From the NCBI GenBank assembly GCA_000165425.1, contig CT867994.1:124001-188000 (forward strand): a DNA stretch of 64,000 nucleotides, written 5' to 3'. Position 1 is the stretch's first letter. Every line of letters starts with the position of its first letter. The notes below the pieces were generated by a model. That model was not told the DNA's origin. It did not search any database and was given only the letters and a program-made list of their open reading frames with translations. The translations under genes were made by a program, and so were the position numbers. This DNA is from Paramecium tetraurelia. Taxonomy: Eukaryota. Shown here in pieces: positions 40,025 through 61,788 of this stretch.

Positions 40025-42833
40025 ATGAAATACGGCGACTTTTAGAGACTAATTTCAGAGGAAGATGAACTAGTTTAAATATCCAAGGCTTAGTTGGAAT
40101 AATTAATTCTAAAAAATTAGCAATCTGAAGTACTTCCAACTCAAAAATAATCCAGCAAAAAAATTGTCATAAAATAGGCCTCAAAGAAACAAAAACATTA
40201 TTAATTTGCTGATGTTCACTATTGGACAATTACGTAATTTGATTGGGATAAAAAAGTACTGGATGCCTTGAAGGGAGCATTTGGTAAAGAATAATTTAAA
40301 GCAAATTAAAAGGCCATAATAAATTGTGTATTAGCAGGAGAGGATGTTTTTGTTTGTATGCCGACTGGATATGGAAAAAGTATAACCTTTTAAATTCCTG
40401 CATTTGTAGAGAATGGTACAATTCGACCTGATATTTAGGGGTTTCGATTATTGTTATGCCATTGATTTCATTGATATTTGATTAAGTGCAATATCTCACA
40501 AGTCTTGGTATTCCAACTCTCAATATGAGTGGCTAAAACAGACTTTTAACAGCATAGTAAATTCTGGATTAAAGAATAAAATTAATTTACACTACTCCTG
40601 GTATTATTTAATTTCAATTTAGAAAAAATTGAGATGATCTGAAGCTTTTAAATCAATATTAGGAGATCTCTTTAATAGAAAGTTAATTAAAAGATTTGTA
40701 ATCGATGAAGCACATTGTGTAAGTAAATGGGGAAGAGATTTTAGACCAGATTACCTAAAATTGAGCAATGTTAGAAATGAATTTCCGGGGGTGCCTATCA
40801 TTGCTTTGACCGCCACTGCTCCAGAAGAGGTTAAAGAAGATATTATAGATGTGCTTTAAATTAAAGGATGCTTATATTTATAATCTTCCTTCAATAGACC
40901 AAATCTTATCTATGAAGTCAAATTAAGAGAAGAATTTAAGAGGACTGTTTAAGAAATTAAAGAATTTATCAACTTAACCTATCCAAAGCAATCTGGTATC
41001 ATTTATTGCCTCACTTAATCTGAATGTTAAACCTTATCATAAAGCCTGATACAACATGGAATAGGATCAGATTTCTATCATGCTGGCCTTACTGAAAATG
41101 AAAGACATAGGATTCATAAGAATTGGCTGATGAATGAAGTACAAGTAATAGTTGCAACAGTAGCATTTGGCATGGGAATTGATAAAAAGGATTGTAGATT
41201 CGTCATTCACTTTCAAATGCCAAAATCCATTGAGAATTATTATTAGGAGAGTGGGAGAGCAGGAAGAGATGGAAAACAAGCACATTGCCTTTTATTTTAT
41301 AATAATAGTGACTATAAAACTAATTTAGTATTCTTTATCATTTATTCTTTTTATAGTGTCTAATGGATTTAAACACAGAAATGACTACTCCAATGAAAAA
41401 GTACAATGTTAAAAAGTTAGATTAAATGCAATAATTCTGTTATGATAGAGTTTAGTGCAGAAGAGTTTTACAACTATCTTATTTAGGTGAAAATTTTGAT
41501 AAAACATTATGTAACAAAAAATGTGATAATTGTCTAAGAGATGATGAGATGACAGAGAAAATTGATTTAACTAAAGAAGCTCTTAAAATTCTTGATTGTT
41601 TGGATAAATTACAATTGACAGAAAATCAATTAATTTAATGTTTAAAAGGTGGACAAGACAAAAAGAAATCCCATAATTCATTGAAGAGTTTTGAATAGAT
41701 CTTTGGACTATTTAAAAATAATCCTCGCTACATCAATCCTTTATTAGATTAGTTAAGAGCATAAAATGCCTTAAGCTAAAAAGTATAATAATACAATCTA
41801 AAAGGTAATTTCAAAACTAAAGTTGTCTATTTAATACCTAATTATGAAGCATCAATAAATAGTGTAATAATATCCCTTCCCAAAGAAAAAGACAAAAAAC
41901 TATCTCTTTTGGATTGCAAATCTAACGATCTTTTTAAAAAGTATTTATCGAAAGATTATAAAAATTAAAATAACAGTGGATCTAATTTGAATGTTTTAAA
42001 AAAAGATTTTACTTGGTAGAATGAAAACAAAATTGAAACTGAAAAGAAAAAATTATAATATGATAAATAATATGGTTATTGTTTAGAAAACTAATTTAAT
42101 GATTTACGTGAAAGATTAATGTTAGTTCGTAAGAATATATATAAAGAAATGACCAATAATGCATCGAATTAAATCATTAATATTGATTTGGTTTTATCTA
42201 CTGATGATATTGAAGAATTATGCAAGAAACTTCCGATCTCTATGAGTGAATTAAATGACCCATTTATTTGTATAGCCTAAGAAATTAAAAAATTGTAATA
42301 TATGAAGCATTTTATTGAAGAAGTTGCTCATTTTGTTGATATTGAAGATATTAATAAGTTATTATTTGAAAAGCGTAAGCATATTTTCTATTCTAGCTTA
42401 ATAGGTTGAAACATAAATTGATTAAGTATTTGAGTTTTAAAAGCATATTAAGCAAGATGATGATGTGATTGATATTACAAATTAAGAACTTATTGGTAAA
42501 ATACAAAAATATAACATTTAGCTAAATAAAAAGAGATAGAAGAATTATTGTTAAATGGTTAAGAGAATGATGAATACTTAGATGAAGTATCAAATTTATT
42601 GAAATTAGCTATTAAATCTTTTTGAAGAAGAAGATATAAATAAATCTCCTCAAGTCGTTATCCATGATTAAGAAAATGGTTAAAATCAAAAATCACATCT
42701 ATAGAAGGTGTAAACTTTTGAGCCTGTAGAATAATAATAGCCATATTAATAAGATCTAAAACAAACTTGTAAAATTGAAAGTAGTTAGTAACCCAAAAAG
42801 CTCAAATTAAATCTCAAAAGATCATTTTTGTGA
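40025..42833 (+). CDS. RecQ-family DNA helicase (BLM/Sgs1-like); apparent +1 frameshift near 40635
   Basis: [57 protein letters not shown] and Zn-binding CRR...CDNC. Confidence 0.92.
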
Positions 42834-43509
42834 TTGTTTATGTAATATTTTAATTTATTATCTGCTATTTTATTAATGTAGTTTTCAAATATATATCATA
42901 AATCTTCTGATTTCACTAAATATAAATTTTATTGTTATAATACGGTTAATTGAATATTTTTTCATTTGAGAAATGGTATTATAAAATGAATATTATAATG
43001 AAATAAATTCGGTAGATTATAGGCTAAAATATAAAAAAATACATCCATTTTATACGTAAAATTTAACTGAATATCATAAGAAATCGTGCTGAAAGTATGA
43101 TCATATAAATTTTGAAATATGAAAAATGATTCAGCAATTTCATTTCACACATTTCAACATTGTTCCAAATAGAAATTCATAATATTATACTTTATAAATT
43201 TAAAGCATTTCACTTCTCAATTCATATTGTTTTTTATCCAAGTAGGATTTTCGATTCTGCAAATTTATTTAATGAAATATCGGATAATTGGGAAAAGTCG
43301 ATGAAATAATGGATATTAGAAGTTTAAGGATATAAATATATTAAATTCATAAAACTTGGAATATGAAATTTATTGTATTATTCTCAAGATACTAAGACTT
43401 TCCCTTTCATTCTGATATTTTTCATTTTCCAATTTATATACGAATAATTTAAATTGATAAAGTATTTGATGAATAATATATTATATTATTATTTTAATTG
43501 TGAGATTTC

Positions 43510-44197
43510 ATGAAATTAGAAAGAGTAATCACATTCGTCTTTTTTGCTTTGATTGCATACGATATTTTTAGAGCTCAACCAAAGCCTTAATCACAGGCTC
43601 AAGAATAATAATAAGATAACTAATCTGAATAAGGATAAACAAATTAAGACAAGGATTATTAAAAAGAAAGAACATTTTAAGAAGATATTGATTTAGAGAA
43701 TGCTGAATACATTGAATCAACACTACCAATAAATGTAGAAATATTTTATTGTAATCGTACTGGATTACATACACAATATTTGGAATTGGAAAGAAATATC
43801 TATCTCACATTCCCAAAAAATAAAAATTTAATTGTAAACCCGGGAGAATATCCAGTGCCAGAAATGAATTCACAGTTATCAAAGGTTATAAAATAACATT
43901 ATTTTGTAGTTTGTTAATTATGGTCAATATGGTTTGATGGCAGCTATGTTTTTCCATAAATAATTATTTGCTATGCTATCCATGCCTGTGCCTGGAATTG
44001 TTGAGAAGATAGTGGAAAAGAAGATATTCGTGTTGATAGGAGCTATTTTCCTGGTGCAATAATTGCAAAACTCATTGCTCACAACAGGTAAAATGATGGT
44101 GTATGTGGATTCAAAATTAATTTTGGATTAAGCAGCCCCAATCTAAGCAGATAAAGTGTTTTAATTAATAAAAACTGAGTTATTATAATTATAATGA
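43510..44197 (+). CDS. Selenoprotein T-like thioredoxin-fold membrane protein with CxxT in place of CxxU (220 aa)
   Basis: N-terminal hydrophobic signal, EIFYCNRTG...GEYPVP, two hydrophobic helices and LLTTGKMMVYVD; intron 43885-43909. Confidence 0.75.
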
Positions 44198-44774
44198 AAC
44201 CAATATTTCGTGGAGTCTTAATTATGAAATACACAGATAATTAAGAAGAAGTCACTCTTGATCAACTAAAGGAGTATCTGAAAGACTAAGGAAATTACAA
44301 TGAAGAAACATTCTCTCAAAACGTAGACATTTTCCAATAGTTGATCGATGATCTGATCTAAAATGATTCAGAGCAAACCTATGAACAATATGTATCCAAT
44401 AGCCATTTGATTTTAGGGAATATCTCCCTAAGAATTGCATTAGACTTGGTTAACCGAAAAAGATAGGGTGTTGTCCTATTATATAAAAAAGAGGACTCAA
44501 GGATAAAAAGTAATAATCTATGTAATTCATGTTAGATTGAAAAGTTTCAATGGTCAGTAAACAATTAGTTCTATTCAAAAAAAGCTAAAAATATTAATAA
44601 ACCTGTTTGCATAATGAATCTGAAGGTATGACTTGTAAAAATGTGCAATAGTCAAAAGATGTTGTCAACAAGACTTATAAATTTCACACGTTCGAAATAA
44701 ATGAGGAGGATTTAAATTACATAGAAGATCAAATGAAAAAAATAGAGTAAACTATAAATGCATTGCTTTTGTGA
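44194..44774 (+). CDS. Hypothetical protein
   Basis: Open frame MKPIFRGVLIMKYTDNQEEVTLDQLKEYL...; start is 44194 or 44224; TGA at 44772-44774. Confidence 0.6.
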
Positions 44775-44805
44775 TGATTCATAAATCAATATTAATAATT
44801 TATAA

Positions 44806-47673
44806 TCATTTTATTTTGACACTTGATTTAAATTTGGCACTGAGTAATGAACTAATGAAACTATAAAATTTGTTCATCTTTTTCCTAACAAATTTCTATA
44901 TTTTTTTGGCTGCAATTTGTTATCCCATTTCTACCTTCTTTCTCATTAGATCTTTAGAGTCAAAATAATTTGCCAGATGTTACAGACAATCCAATTAACT
45001 TTTGATTAATTCAACCTCATGAGTAAAGTCATCCTTTTTAACGTATTGTCTATTAAAATTCTCTGAACTAATGATCACAGCATCTCTATTCTATTATAAC
45101 TATTGTTTCTGCTTCTCGTCATGGAGTTTCTAGAATGTAGAACCTTAAGGAATACTATAATCATTAATAACTCATACATGTCTTATATGTACAATCTACA
45201 ATTGAGAAGGTGATTCACATTCCTAATAATACTCATATATTTGTCAGTCATTTACACAAAACTCAATTAACTACTTTGGAGAGATGAAAATTTGGTTTCT
45301 ATGAAGTTATCTAACTCTTCGAAATCATTAAACAATATCTCTAGACCGATTTCTACTAAAAGTTCTTTTACTGGTTTCTATTAATTGATTAGCTAATATA
45401 TAGATAGTAAATGATACTCTTTTATAGGCTTCAGACACAAGGATGAATGGTTATTAGGATGGATCAAATGCAAATTATTCCTCAACCAAATGAGGCAATT
45501 AAGTCAGATTTTGTATTTTTAAATTTTTAGTAAAGAATCCATTTTCACTTGCAATAGTATAGAAAGAGTCTATTGAAACTCCTGTTCCTGTAAAAGAATA
45601 AGCTTCTCTGTAAAGAGTGGCCAGTTCCAAGTCTGTAATTTTAGGATAATTACTGATTAATACAATTCTAAATTATTTGAAACTGATATTAGTTGCACGA
45701 CTTCCAAATGCAATCTTGAACATTTTGTATCTATTTCTTCTTTCCACTCTGTAAAATTCAAGCAAAATTCTCAAAACAAAAGCAGCTTCAATTATATATA
45801 TGTTTTTATTCTGTATTTTTCTGACAGCTCTTTCCTTAAGCACTCGTTTGACTTACTGGATAGTAGAGACTTCATATTAAGAGAATAAATGAGTGACCAC
45901 AAAATCAGCTTACAACAATGGAATATAATGATGAGGCTCATAGAAGGCTTGATGATTTTAACATTGAGGACCTCTAAACAGTAGACTTCTTGCATACAAA
46001 AAGAAGTAAATTTCATCATGAGATGAGAAGTCATTCAAAAATTCCTAAAATGTTATGCATTCCCAATTCTTTTCTAAAACAGGATTAGAGAAATCAACTA
46101 TAAATTTAACAATTTAATCATCCACTCTTTGATTGTCATATTCGATCTTTTTAATACATTTATGATTGTAATCCACTTTAAAGTTCATTAACCAAGAATA
46201 TACAAATTCTGGAAATCTAGATTATTGATTCATTTAAATCTCATTCCATTTAGCATCTAAAATATGTCTCATTATTACTAGCAATTATAGACTTGGTCTT
46301 TTATATTACAAACCTGCAAATTCACTTTCTAAGGTTTTTTTATGATGTTCAATAAAAATAACAAATGGTGAGTAACCAATAGTGAATTTATCTAATTAAA
46401 TATCCTAGGAATTGAAGTGAGATTCCATTTAAATAATGCTATGTCCAGTTCTCTACACTATTCTACCTTTATCCTACAATAGTGATGAATGAGTCAGTCT
46501 AAAGAAGGTCTTATCATTAGAGAATAAGCTGGCAAACTTTTCTAGTCCAGTTTTCTCTTTTTCATGCTATTAGTTGGGTTAAGGTTCAACTTCCTTGGAT
46601 TTTTCAATTTAAAATCTATCCAATTTATTCTATAATTAAGATAACTTTTCTCTTGCCTTGGCAGCAATGGCTAGTTCCTCTTTGTAGTAGTAGAGTCTTT
46701 GTTCAAAGTCTTCCCTTTGCATATTGGCAATTTCCCTGTATCTATTCATTAAATTGGTATGCTTCTCATTATCCAAAATTAACTTATCCAATTGGTATTT
46801 ATTGGCTTCGAAGACAGTTTGATAGGCTTTAGATTCATTTTCCAATTTAGTATACTAAGACTTAATATTCTGATAATGTAGATTGAGTTTTTAGAGTTAT
46901 TTCTCTTTGATTTCGTTTTCCTTCAGCAATTCATTGATTTTAAATTAGGCATTTTATTTGATGTTGATTATGTCCTATTAGAGTTTTTGAACATCGGATA
47001 GTTATTCAAGGATTTATAATCTCTCTTGTATTTTTTCAATTTCATTCTTTAACCTGAAATTTTCCATATACAACTCACTCTATTTCTTGTAGTCGCCTTT
47101 CCTCGATTTAATTGGTCTATCTGTATGTGAGGATTTATTGAACATTTACTATAATTCTTCAAATTTCACAGTTAAGTCATTGATTTAGATTTCTTTTTCT
47201 TTTGCTTATTATTCAGCAAATTCAGTTTTTGATTTATATTCTTCAATATTATTTATAACATTTCTCATAAATTTTTGCATAATCTATTGATAACTATTGT
47301 ATTTATCAACTAGATGCTATAGATTTAATTTGGTATTCATTTAATATAATTCAGTTTCAAATTACTATTATATAATATCAAACAATTCTCTTTTTACATT
47401 AGTATTAGTTTTAGAAAAGACTTCATCTACTAATTGTTTCTTGTTCGAAGTGTCATTAGATATGGAGTATTGTCCACAAACTAATTCCTTTCTGAACGTA
47501 TCCAGTGAATTATAATTACTAACAAATCCAACATATTTAGGGGACAACACACCCTATCGATTCTTAAAGCTCCCCAAATAGGGATGATTACTTTATTGAC
47601 TCTAGGCCTACCTCCTAGCTTCGATTTGTCTTTAAATTTCTCTCTTGGCTTATTATTTCAACACAGTAGACAT
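44806..47673 (-). CDS. Large coiled-coil protein with a C-terminal IQ-like motif
   Basis: MSTVLKQQAKREIQRQ... joins ORF-track fragments 47368-47550 and 46636-46845; C-terminal AAKKIQKFVRKK; TGA at 44806-44808. Confidence 0.7.
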
Positions 47674-47956
47674 TTATGTATATAATTATTAAAAAATAAT
47701 TCATTCTGATTTAGATTAGAACATACCAAATCCACCTAAAAGCCTTCCATTTAAGAAAAACCAAAAATCACTCGTGATATGGGAATAGATGCTGATCAAC
47801 AATTCAAGTCAATTTAGAGCTAAGGAATACTAATAAATGGATGATGAAACTGATTCTAAGTGTGAATATTGTGCATTAGACTATATCTGAGAAGTAGATT
47901 ACAAAATGAAATGAAAAATCTAGGATTGCTTGTATATAATTTAAGATTAATAATAA

Positions 47957-56137
<8,181 letters not shown>

Positions 56138-56167
56138 ACTTATTAAAAATGTTATTTATTTATTATA

Positions 56168-56881
56168 TCAGATTTTAACTTTCGATTTTAGGTGTTATGT
56201 TATCTTCTCAACAAATTGTTCATCTTCTGCAGACAATTATTCTTTCTTCAATTCTTGAAATGGCAATTACTCGCTCACTTCAAATTAAGCCAGTTGATTT
56301 AGGAAATTTTGTTTAGCTAAAGGATTAGCCAATTATTCCATTATTTCTGATTTCTTTTCCCTCAAGAAATCTTTCACTTACATCATCACGAGCTATTTCG
56401 AGTACTAATCTAACTTTTGTTATGTCTCTGTCAGAGTTTAACCATTATGAGAAATCTCGGAAGATTACTAATTGATTCGAATCATAGGATGAAGGAATTA
56501 TAAATTTTCTATAGCATAATCGCTATTTCTATAAGAAATTATAGTCAAAATGTAATATTACTTAGTTTTGTCAATCAATGCAATCACAGTTGTATTTAGA
56601 AGTTTTACCTTCCTGTCCCTGGTTGACTTTTTCCCAATTCTTCCTTCCTTCAAGTAGACTTGCAATATAGCCTTAACTGTTGATGGTTTCAATTGAGTTT
56701 CTTCAGAGACCTAAGGTAAATTTGAGGTTTACGTACTTCTTTCAAAGTCTTAGCATTCTTGGTGAGTTCATTAATTATGTGAGTTCTTTGATCGTGACTA
56801 ATCTTCTTGTACCTAATGATTAGGTCCATAATCCTACTTCATATTGCGAGATCCCTTTCTTATTTTTTGGCTGCTATTCAT
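56168..56881 (-). CDS. Ciliate helix-turn-helix (homeodomain-like) protein
   Basis: YKKISHDQRTHIINEL...TLKEVSEETQLKPSTVKAILQVYLKEGRIGKK; short introns. Confidence 0.65.
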
Positions 56882-56908
56882 TATTCTGTGTGTTTTTATT
56901 AATTAATT

Positions 56909-58019
56909 ATGATTCCCTCTACTCGAATTTGTATAACACCAAATTGTTAAGCATAATCCCGATTAATTTAATCTATAAAAGAGCTTGAATATCATCAAGG
57001 TCATAGTTCCTCAAGTCTGGGCCAACTAACCAAGAAATTGAAGGAAGTCCTACCCGATTTCCACTTTACTGCAAGTATCAAATAAATCATCGAATCAAAA
57101 TTTCAAATTATTCACTCCTACTTACAGAAGAAATAAAATGTCTATTAGAAGTATAACTCATTGATGTCATTAGAAAAGGAAATGTGATAAATATGAACTG
57201 ATTGAGGCAGCATCCAAATTTATCAATTCCGAATATTCCTTATTGAATGAAAAGGCAATAGATTTAATTATCAAGTCATTACCCAATAACTTCTCTGAAA
57301 CTCTACAGTCACACACTGCTCAATATTTTAATTTACAAATTCAAATTTAAAAAGAATTGGATGATTTTATTCTTTTTATTACTTCAGATACAAAACAAGA
57401 AACAATTTAATCAACTAAATAATAACAATCCAAAAATTAGAAACCATCAACATTAATTGCAATCACCCAAAAACCAGAATTCCTTAAAATGCCTTCAGAG
57501 TTAGATCAACTCTCCAAATTCGAAATTAATAACCAAATGGCTAAGCATTTAGAAGGATGTAAGTTCTATGATCTCAACTCTAGATCCTTCCATTGTCATG
57601 ACCAATCAATTACTCAAAGAAGGCACTTAAATTAAGTTTGAAATCGTTAAGATTTAAAATGACTATGTAAGTGTAGGGATCGGTGCTATGGAAAGAGCAT
57701 CTATTGAGAAAAATGGCTTGATTCTTAATGGAGAACAATTGTAAGTCGCAGGTCATGGAGTATATATGAATTTTAATGATAAATGTGTCTATCATAGTGA
57801 AATTGGTAATGGACAAATTTAAGGAAAAGACAAAGGTATTGCATTTTAAGAAGGGGATAAAAGTAATTTGAAAATTGATCTTTAGTTCAGTGCAGTTATA
57901 CTTAAGGACAATTGACCTTATAAAATCTAAATGCAAACTCATCATACTCAATGAAAATTAATTTGAGTGATATTATTTTAGTGGTTTGGTTAGACCTGAG
58001 TGAAATTAATATTATATGA
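56909..58019 (+). CDS. Hypothetical protein with a C-terminal SPRY/B30.2-like region; frame break near 57179
   Basis: N-terminal CITPNC; C-terminal IKFEIVK...VGIG...GHGVYM...GIAFQEGDKI. A 1-nt indel or an atypically long intron is needed near 57075-57185. Confidence 0.5.
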
Positions 58020-58118
58020 TCATCAAAGTCTCCTAAGTAGGCGGCATTTTTATCTTAGATGGCTTACATTCAATAAATAGATTCAAAATACACATAATAT
58101 ATATATTTATTATTATTA

Positions 58119-59862
58119 ATGGAAACTAACCAAAACATTTTATAATAGGATCAAGAAAATGACCTTTAATTCATCTGCACTAGTTCTCAATGTAAATTTC
58201 GAGGATGTACCAAATCAAGGGATATTCAAAGCAAGCATAAAAATTGCAATGTGCTGCCATATAAGGAATTTGTAGAGTCAATTGAAAATTATACGGATTA
58301 AATTTTCCCATCAGAAACCTTTAAGATGTATATAATCCTATTATAAAATTAGTTATGATCAAAAACTAAAATAATATCTAAAGAAGATCAATAAATTACA
58401 AGAGGAGGTGAATGACAAATCATTAATGTTTAATAAGTAATCACTTAGCTTATATCTAAAGAATAAAAAAAGAATTAAATAACGCGAATGTTTAAAAAAA
58501 TAAATTATAGCAATTACTGTAATAATTCAAAGATAAAACTACTCAATTAAACTTTGAGTTGTTGGAGAAAACATATTAATCATCCAGTATATTTAATATA
58601 CATAATTTAGAATAATAAAAAACTATCGACAACGTTCAAAGAAATTAAAAAAAGATTGACCATGAATTGACAACAAACTAATTTAGATTAGCAATAAGCC
58701 AAGTTGAATTTTAGGATGATGACTAATCAAGTGATGAAGACTCTAGCGATGATGAATCTAGTGATGATCAAAGTTAAAGGATCTCAAATCAACAACTAGA
58801 CCCTGAAGTATAAGAACTAGAAAATAAATACAATTAAGCTTTTAATTTTTTAAGGAATAATGCTATTACCTAAGTTAAATAAAATAAAGAGGAATAACTA
58901 TCTTAATTACAAGAATAGATTTAATCCTAGTAATATGAAGAATAAACTAATATTAAATTTATTGAAAAATTCGGAAACAATTCAATCTTAGTTGCAACTA
59001 AAAGCCAATTAGGAATATACGATTTAATATCTAAAAGCTTATAATGGATTAAATAAGTTGATACTAAAATCACTTCACTTTAAGTTACAAATTTTGAATA
59101 AGTAATTGTTGTTGGGAAGAAGGATGGAAATATAGAAGTTTTGGAATGGAACTCAGAATCAAAGGATAAATTAAAGTATTTATAGATATTATGTGTTGTA
59201 GTTCAAGCAACTTTAGAGTAAGTAATGAAGAAGGAAGGTTATTCGTAGAAAAATTGCAGCCAAGACATATTGCATGTTTAGGGAGAGATGGAAATTGTAA
59301 AATCTATGAAACACCCAATTTCAATGTTGTAGACAACTATAAATTAGATTAAGGAACCAAAATAGTTCCTACTTGTTTTTTTGCAATATCTGAACAATAA
59401 TTCATTATTGGAGCAGAGAAAACGTTGTTTTTTAATAAAACAAAAATAGAATACAAATTTAATGGAAAAATAAAATAAATTTGTTAATTTGGCAACAGAT
59501 GGTTGGTAGCAGATAAAGCAACTATTTACATCTTAGTATAAAATGGGGAACTCATTTCTGTATTCAAAGAATATCCTTTTTCTCCAAAACAAATCATTTA
59601 TATGACTACATTTTATGAAAGTCAATTCATTTACATTAATACTAAATCTTCAAAATCTGATGATTATTAGAATCAAGTTGCTACTATATAGACATCAGGC
59701 GAATAATTAGATCTTCAATTATAACAGCTAGATAAGAATATTCAAGTAAAGTTGCTGAAAGGATATTAAAATAAGAATGAAACTTTTCTATATGGAATTG
59801 ACGGTTCTAATATCAAAGAGTACAAAATGATTAGAGAGAATGATAAATTTATAGTTTTATGA
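58119..59862 (+). CDS. Hypothetical protein with a WD40-like C-terminal region
   Basis: N-terminal Cys/His cluster, coiled coil, then IVVGKKDGNIEV and IACLGRDGNCKIYE beta-propeller-like motifs. Confidence 0.6.
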
Positions 59863-59895
59863 GTATTTGTTGGCAGAATTATAAATAATTAATAA

Positions 59896-60968
59896 ATGCA
59901 CAAATAATCCTTAATTCTTTAATAGAAAGCTCCTAAGAATATTAATGAACTAGATTAAGCATTTAAATTAATAGATCAGAAATTAGATGCTCCAAGTTCG
60001 CAATTATTGCTAATGAAAACAAGATACATATCCATCGACCCAATTATGAGGGTGTGGATATCAGGAGCGAAAACGTAATGTTCATATTCTAAATTCTTAG
60101 ATACTTGCCTGCATTATAATAAAACGACATTATACATGCGTTTACTTTGAGTTCTCCTGTGGATAATTAGAATGACATCTATTTTGGCCCAGCTGGATTA
60201 CAAACTCATTTCTTATATGATAAGACTAACAAAAAGAAGCAGCTAATTAAAGTCCCACGCTAGATGTTATAAATACTATAAAAATGTGAATTGTAGAATT
60301 CCAACTTACTCACCATCATATTGAATGGTTTACCAGCATATTATGGATTAGTAGATTTCTGTAAGATTCAGAAGGGATAACGAGTTGTAATATCAGCAGC
60401 AGCTGGAGCCACAGGGTTATTTTGTATTTAACTTGCCATAAGCATGCAATGTGATGTTATAGGGTTCACAGGAGACATAGAAAAAATAAAGTTCTTATAA
60501 AACTAATTTCCAACTTTAAGAATCATAAATTATAAATTGGATGATTGGGATAAACAAATCGAAAATAACAGTGTCGATTGTTATTTTGATAATGTTGGTG
60601 AGTATATGTTAGAAAAAATGATTGAAAAAATGAGGAAAAATGGAAAGATTGCCTTATGTGGATCAATGGGAAGCTCATCAAATTATAATGAAAGACAAGG
60701 CTTGAGTAACATGAATCAAATAATTAATAAGAGATTAAAACTGAAGGGCATAACTTTTAATTAAGAATTAAATAAGTAATAATTATGATATTCTAGAATT
60801 TAAGCTGCATTTGATTATCTATTTTAACAATTTCAATAAAAAAAACTAAGAATCTTTTAGGAAGAATATAATTAATTAAATGATACTCCAAAAGCATTAA
60901 AGCGACTATTCAAAGGTGACAATATAGGGAAAATAATTATTAATTTAGATAATTAAACGAAGTTATGA
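59896..60968 (+). CDS. NADP-dependent MDR oxidoreductase (prostaglandin reductase / alkenal reductase-like)
   Basis: YISIDPIMRVWI, GLPAYYGL...VVISAAAGATG, VDCYFDNVG, GKIALCG and GDNIGKIII; ends TKL*. Confidence 0.9.
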
Positions 60969-61788
60969 TTATTATTTTATGATTTTAAGTTATGTAATTA
61001 TTTATTCATAAGTGAATAAAATTAATTAGATTAAGATCTTTACATTTTATTACCAAATTGTAATGTTGAATTAATAAGAATTCTTAGCTCAGCGATGAAA
61101 TCCTTGAAATAATTTAAGGAAATTTAATATTCTTAAAAGAGACATTTAATTACTCTATATTTAATGCATAGTAAATATGTTTGTTAAATAGGAATAAATT
61201 AATTTATAAACTTAAATACCATAAATTCATATTTTGATGAATCCCTACCCCAATCTTGAAAATCAATAAATTCAACATCCACTTGATTCGTAAAACAGAG
61301 AATAATATGTCCAACCTTACCCCTAACAATAATCTCCAATATTATTTACATAAATGATGCATAGGAATAATGCAAATGATTGTGATTTTCCAGCTGATAT
61401 TATTTGTCCATATTGCTAAAGAATGATTTAAACACATGTTCAATATAAAATGGGTGTTTACTCCTGGATAGTGGTATTTTTATTATTAGTGCTCTTTTTC
61501 CCATTATTCTTTTTGCCATTTTGCTTCTTGGAATGTCAAGACAAAGAGCATAAATGTCCACATTGCAATAAGAAAGTTGGATATAAATAATATAGAATAG
61601 TATGAAAGCAAAGCATGAATTTAAAATAATCAACACTTCTTTATATAATTATAATTATTTCACTCTAACACAAATCACATAATGAAATTAAATAATGAAG
61701 AATTACTTTTGAAGATATCTATAAAGGAAATTAAATTGTAAAAAAGAGGATACCAAATATTTGCTATAGTAATTTATATTCAAATTTC

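Noticed and set aside
56138..56260. BEACH ORF overlapping the convergent HTH gene
   Set aside because: A 26-nt intron near 56023-56048 gives a better WD40-like ending with a stop at 56137, which removes the overlap.
56168..56881. HTH gene as a transposase or mobile element
   Set aside because: No DDE catalytic domain or terminal inverted repeats were seen, and it contains ordinary introns.
60969..61640. Possible minus-strand gene between the oxidoreductase and the 61789 ORF
   Set aside because: Two frames are open but neither has a recognisable motif or clear start. Long open frames arise easily when TGA is the only stop, so this is unresolved.
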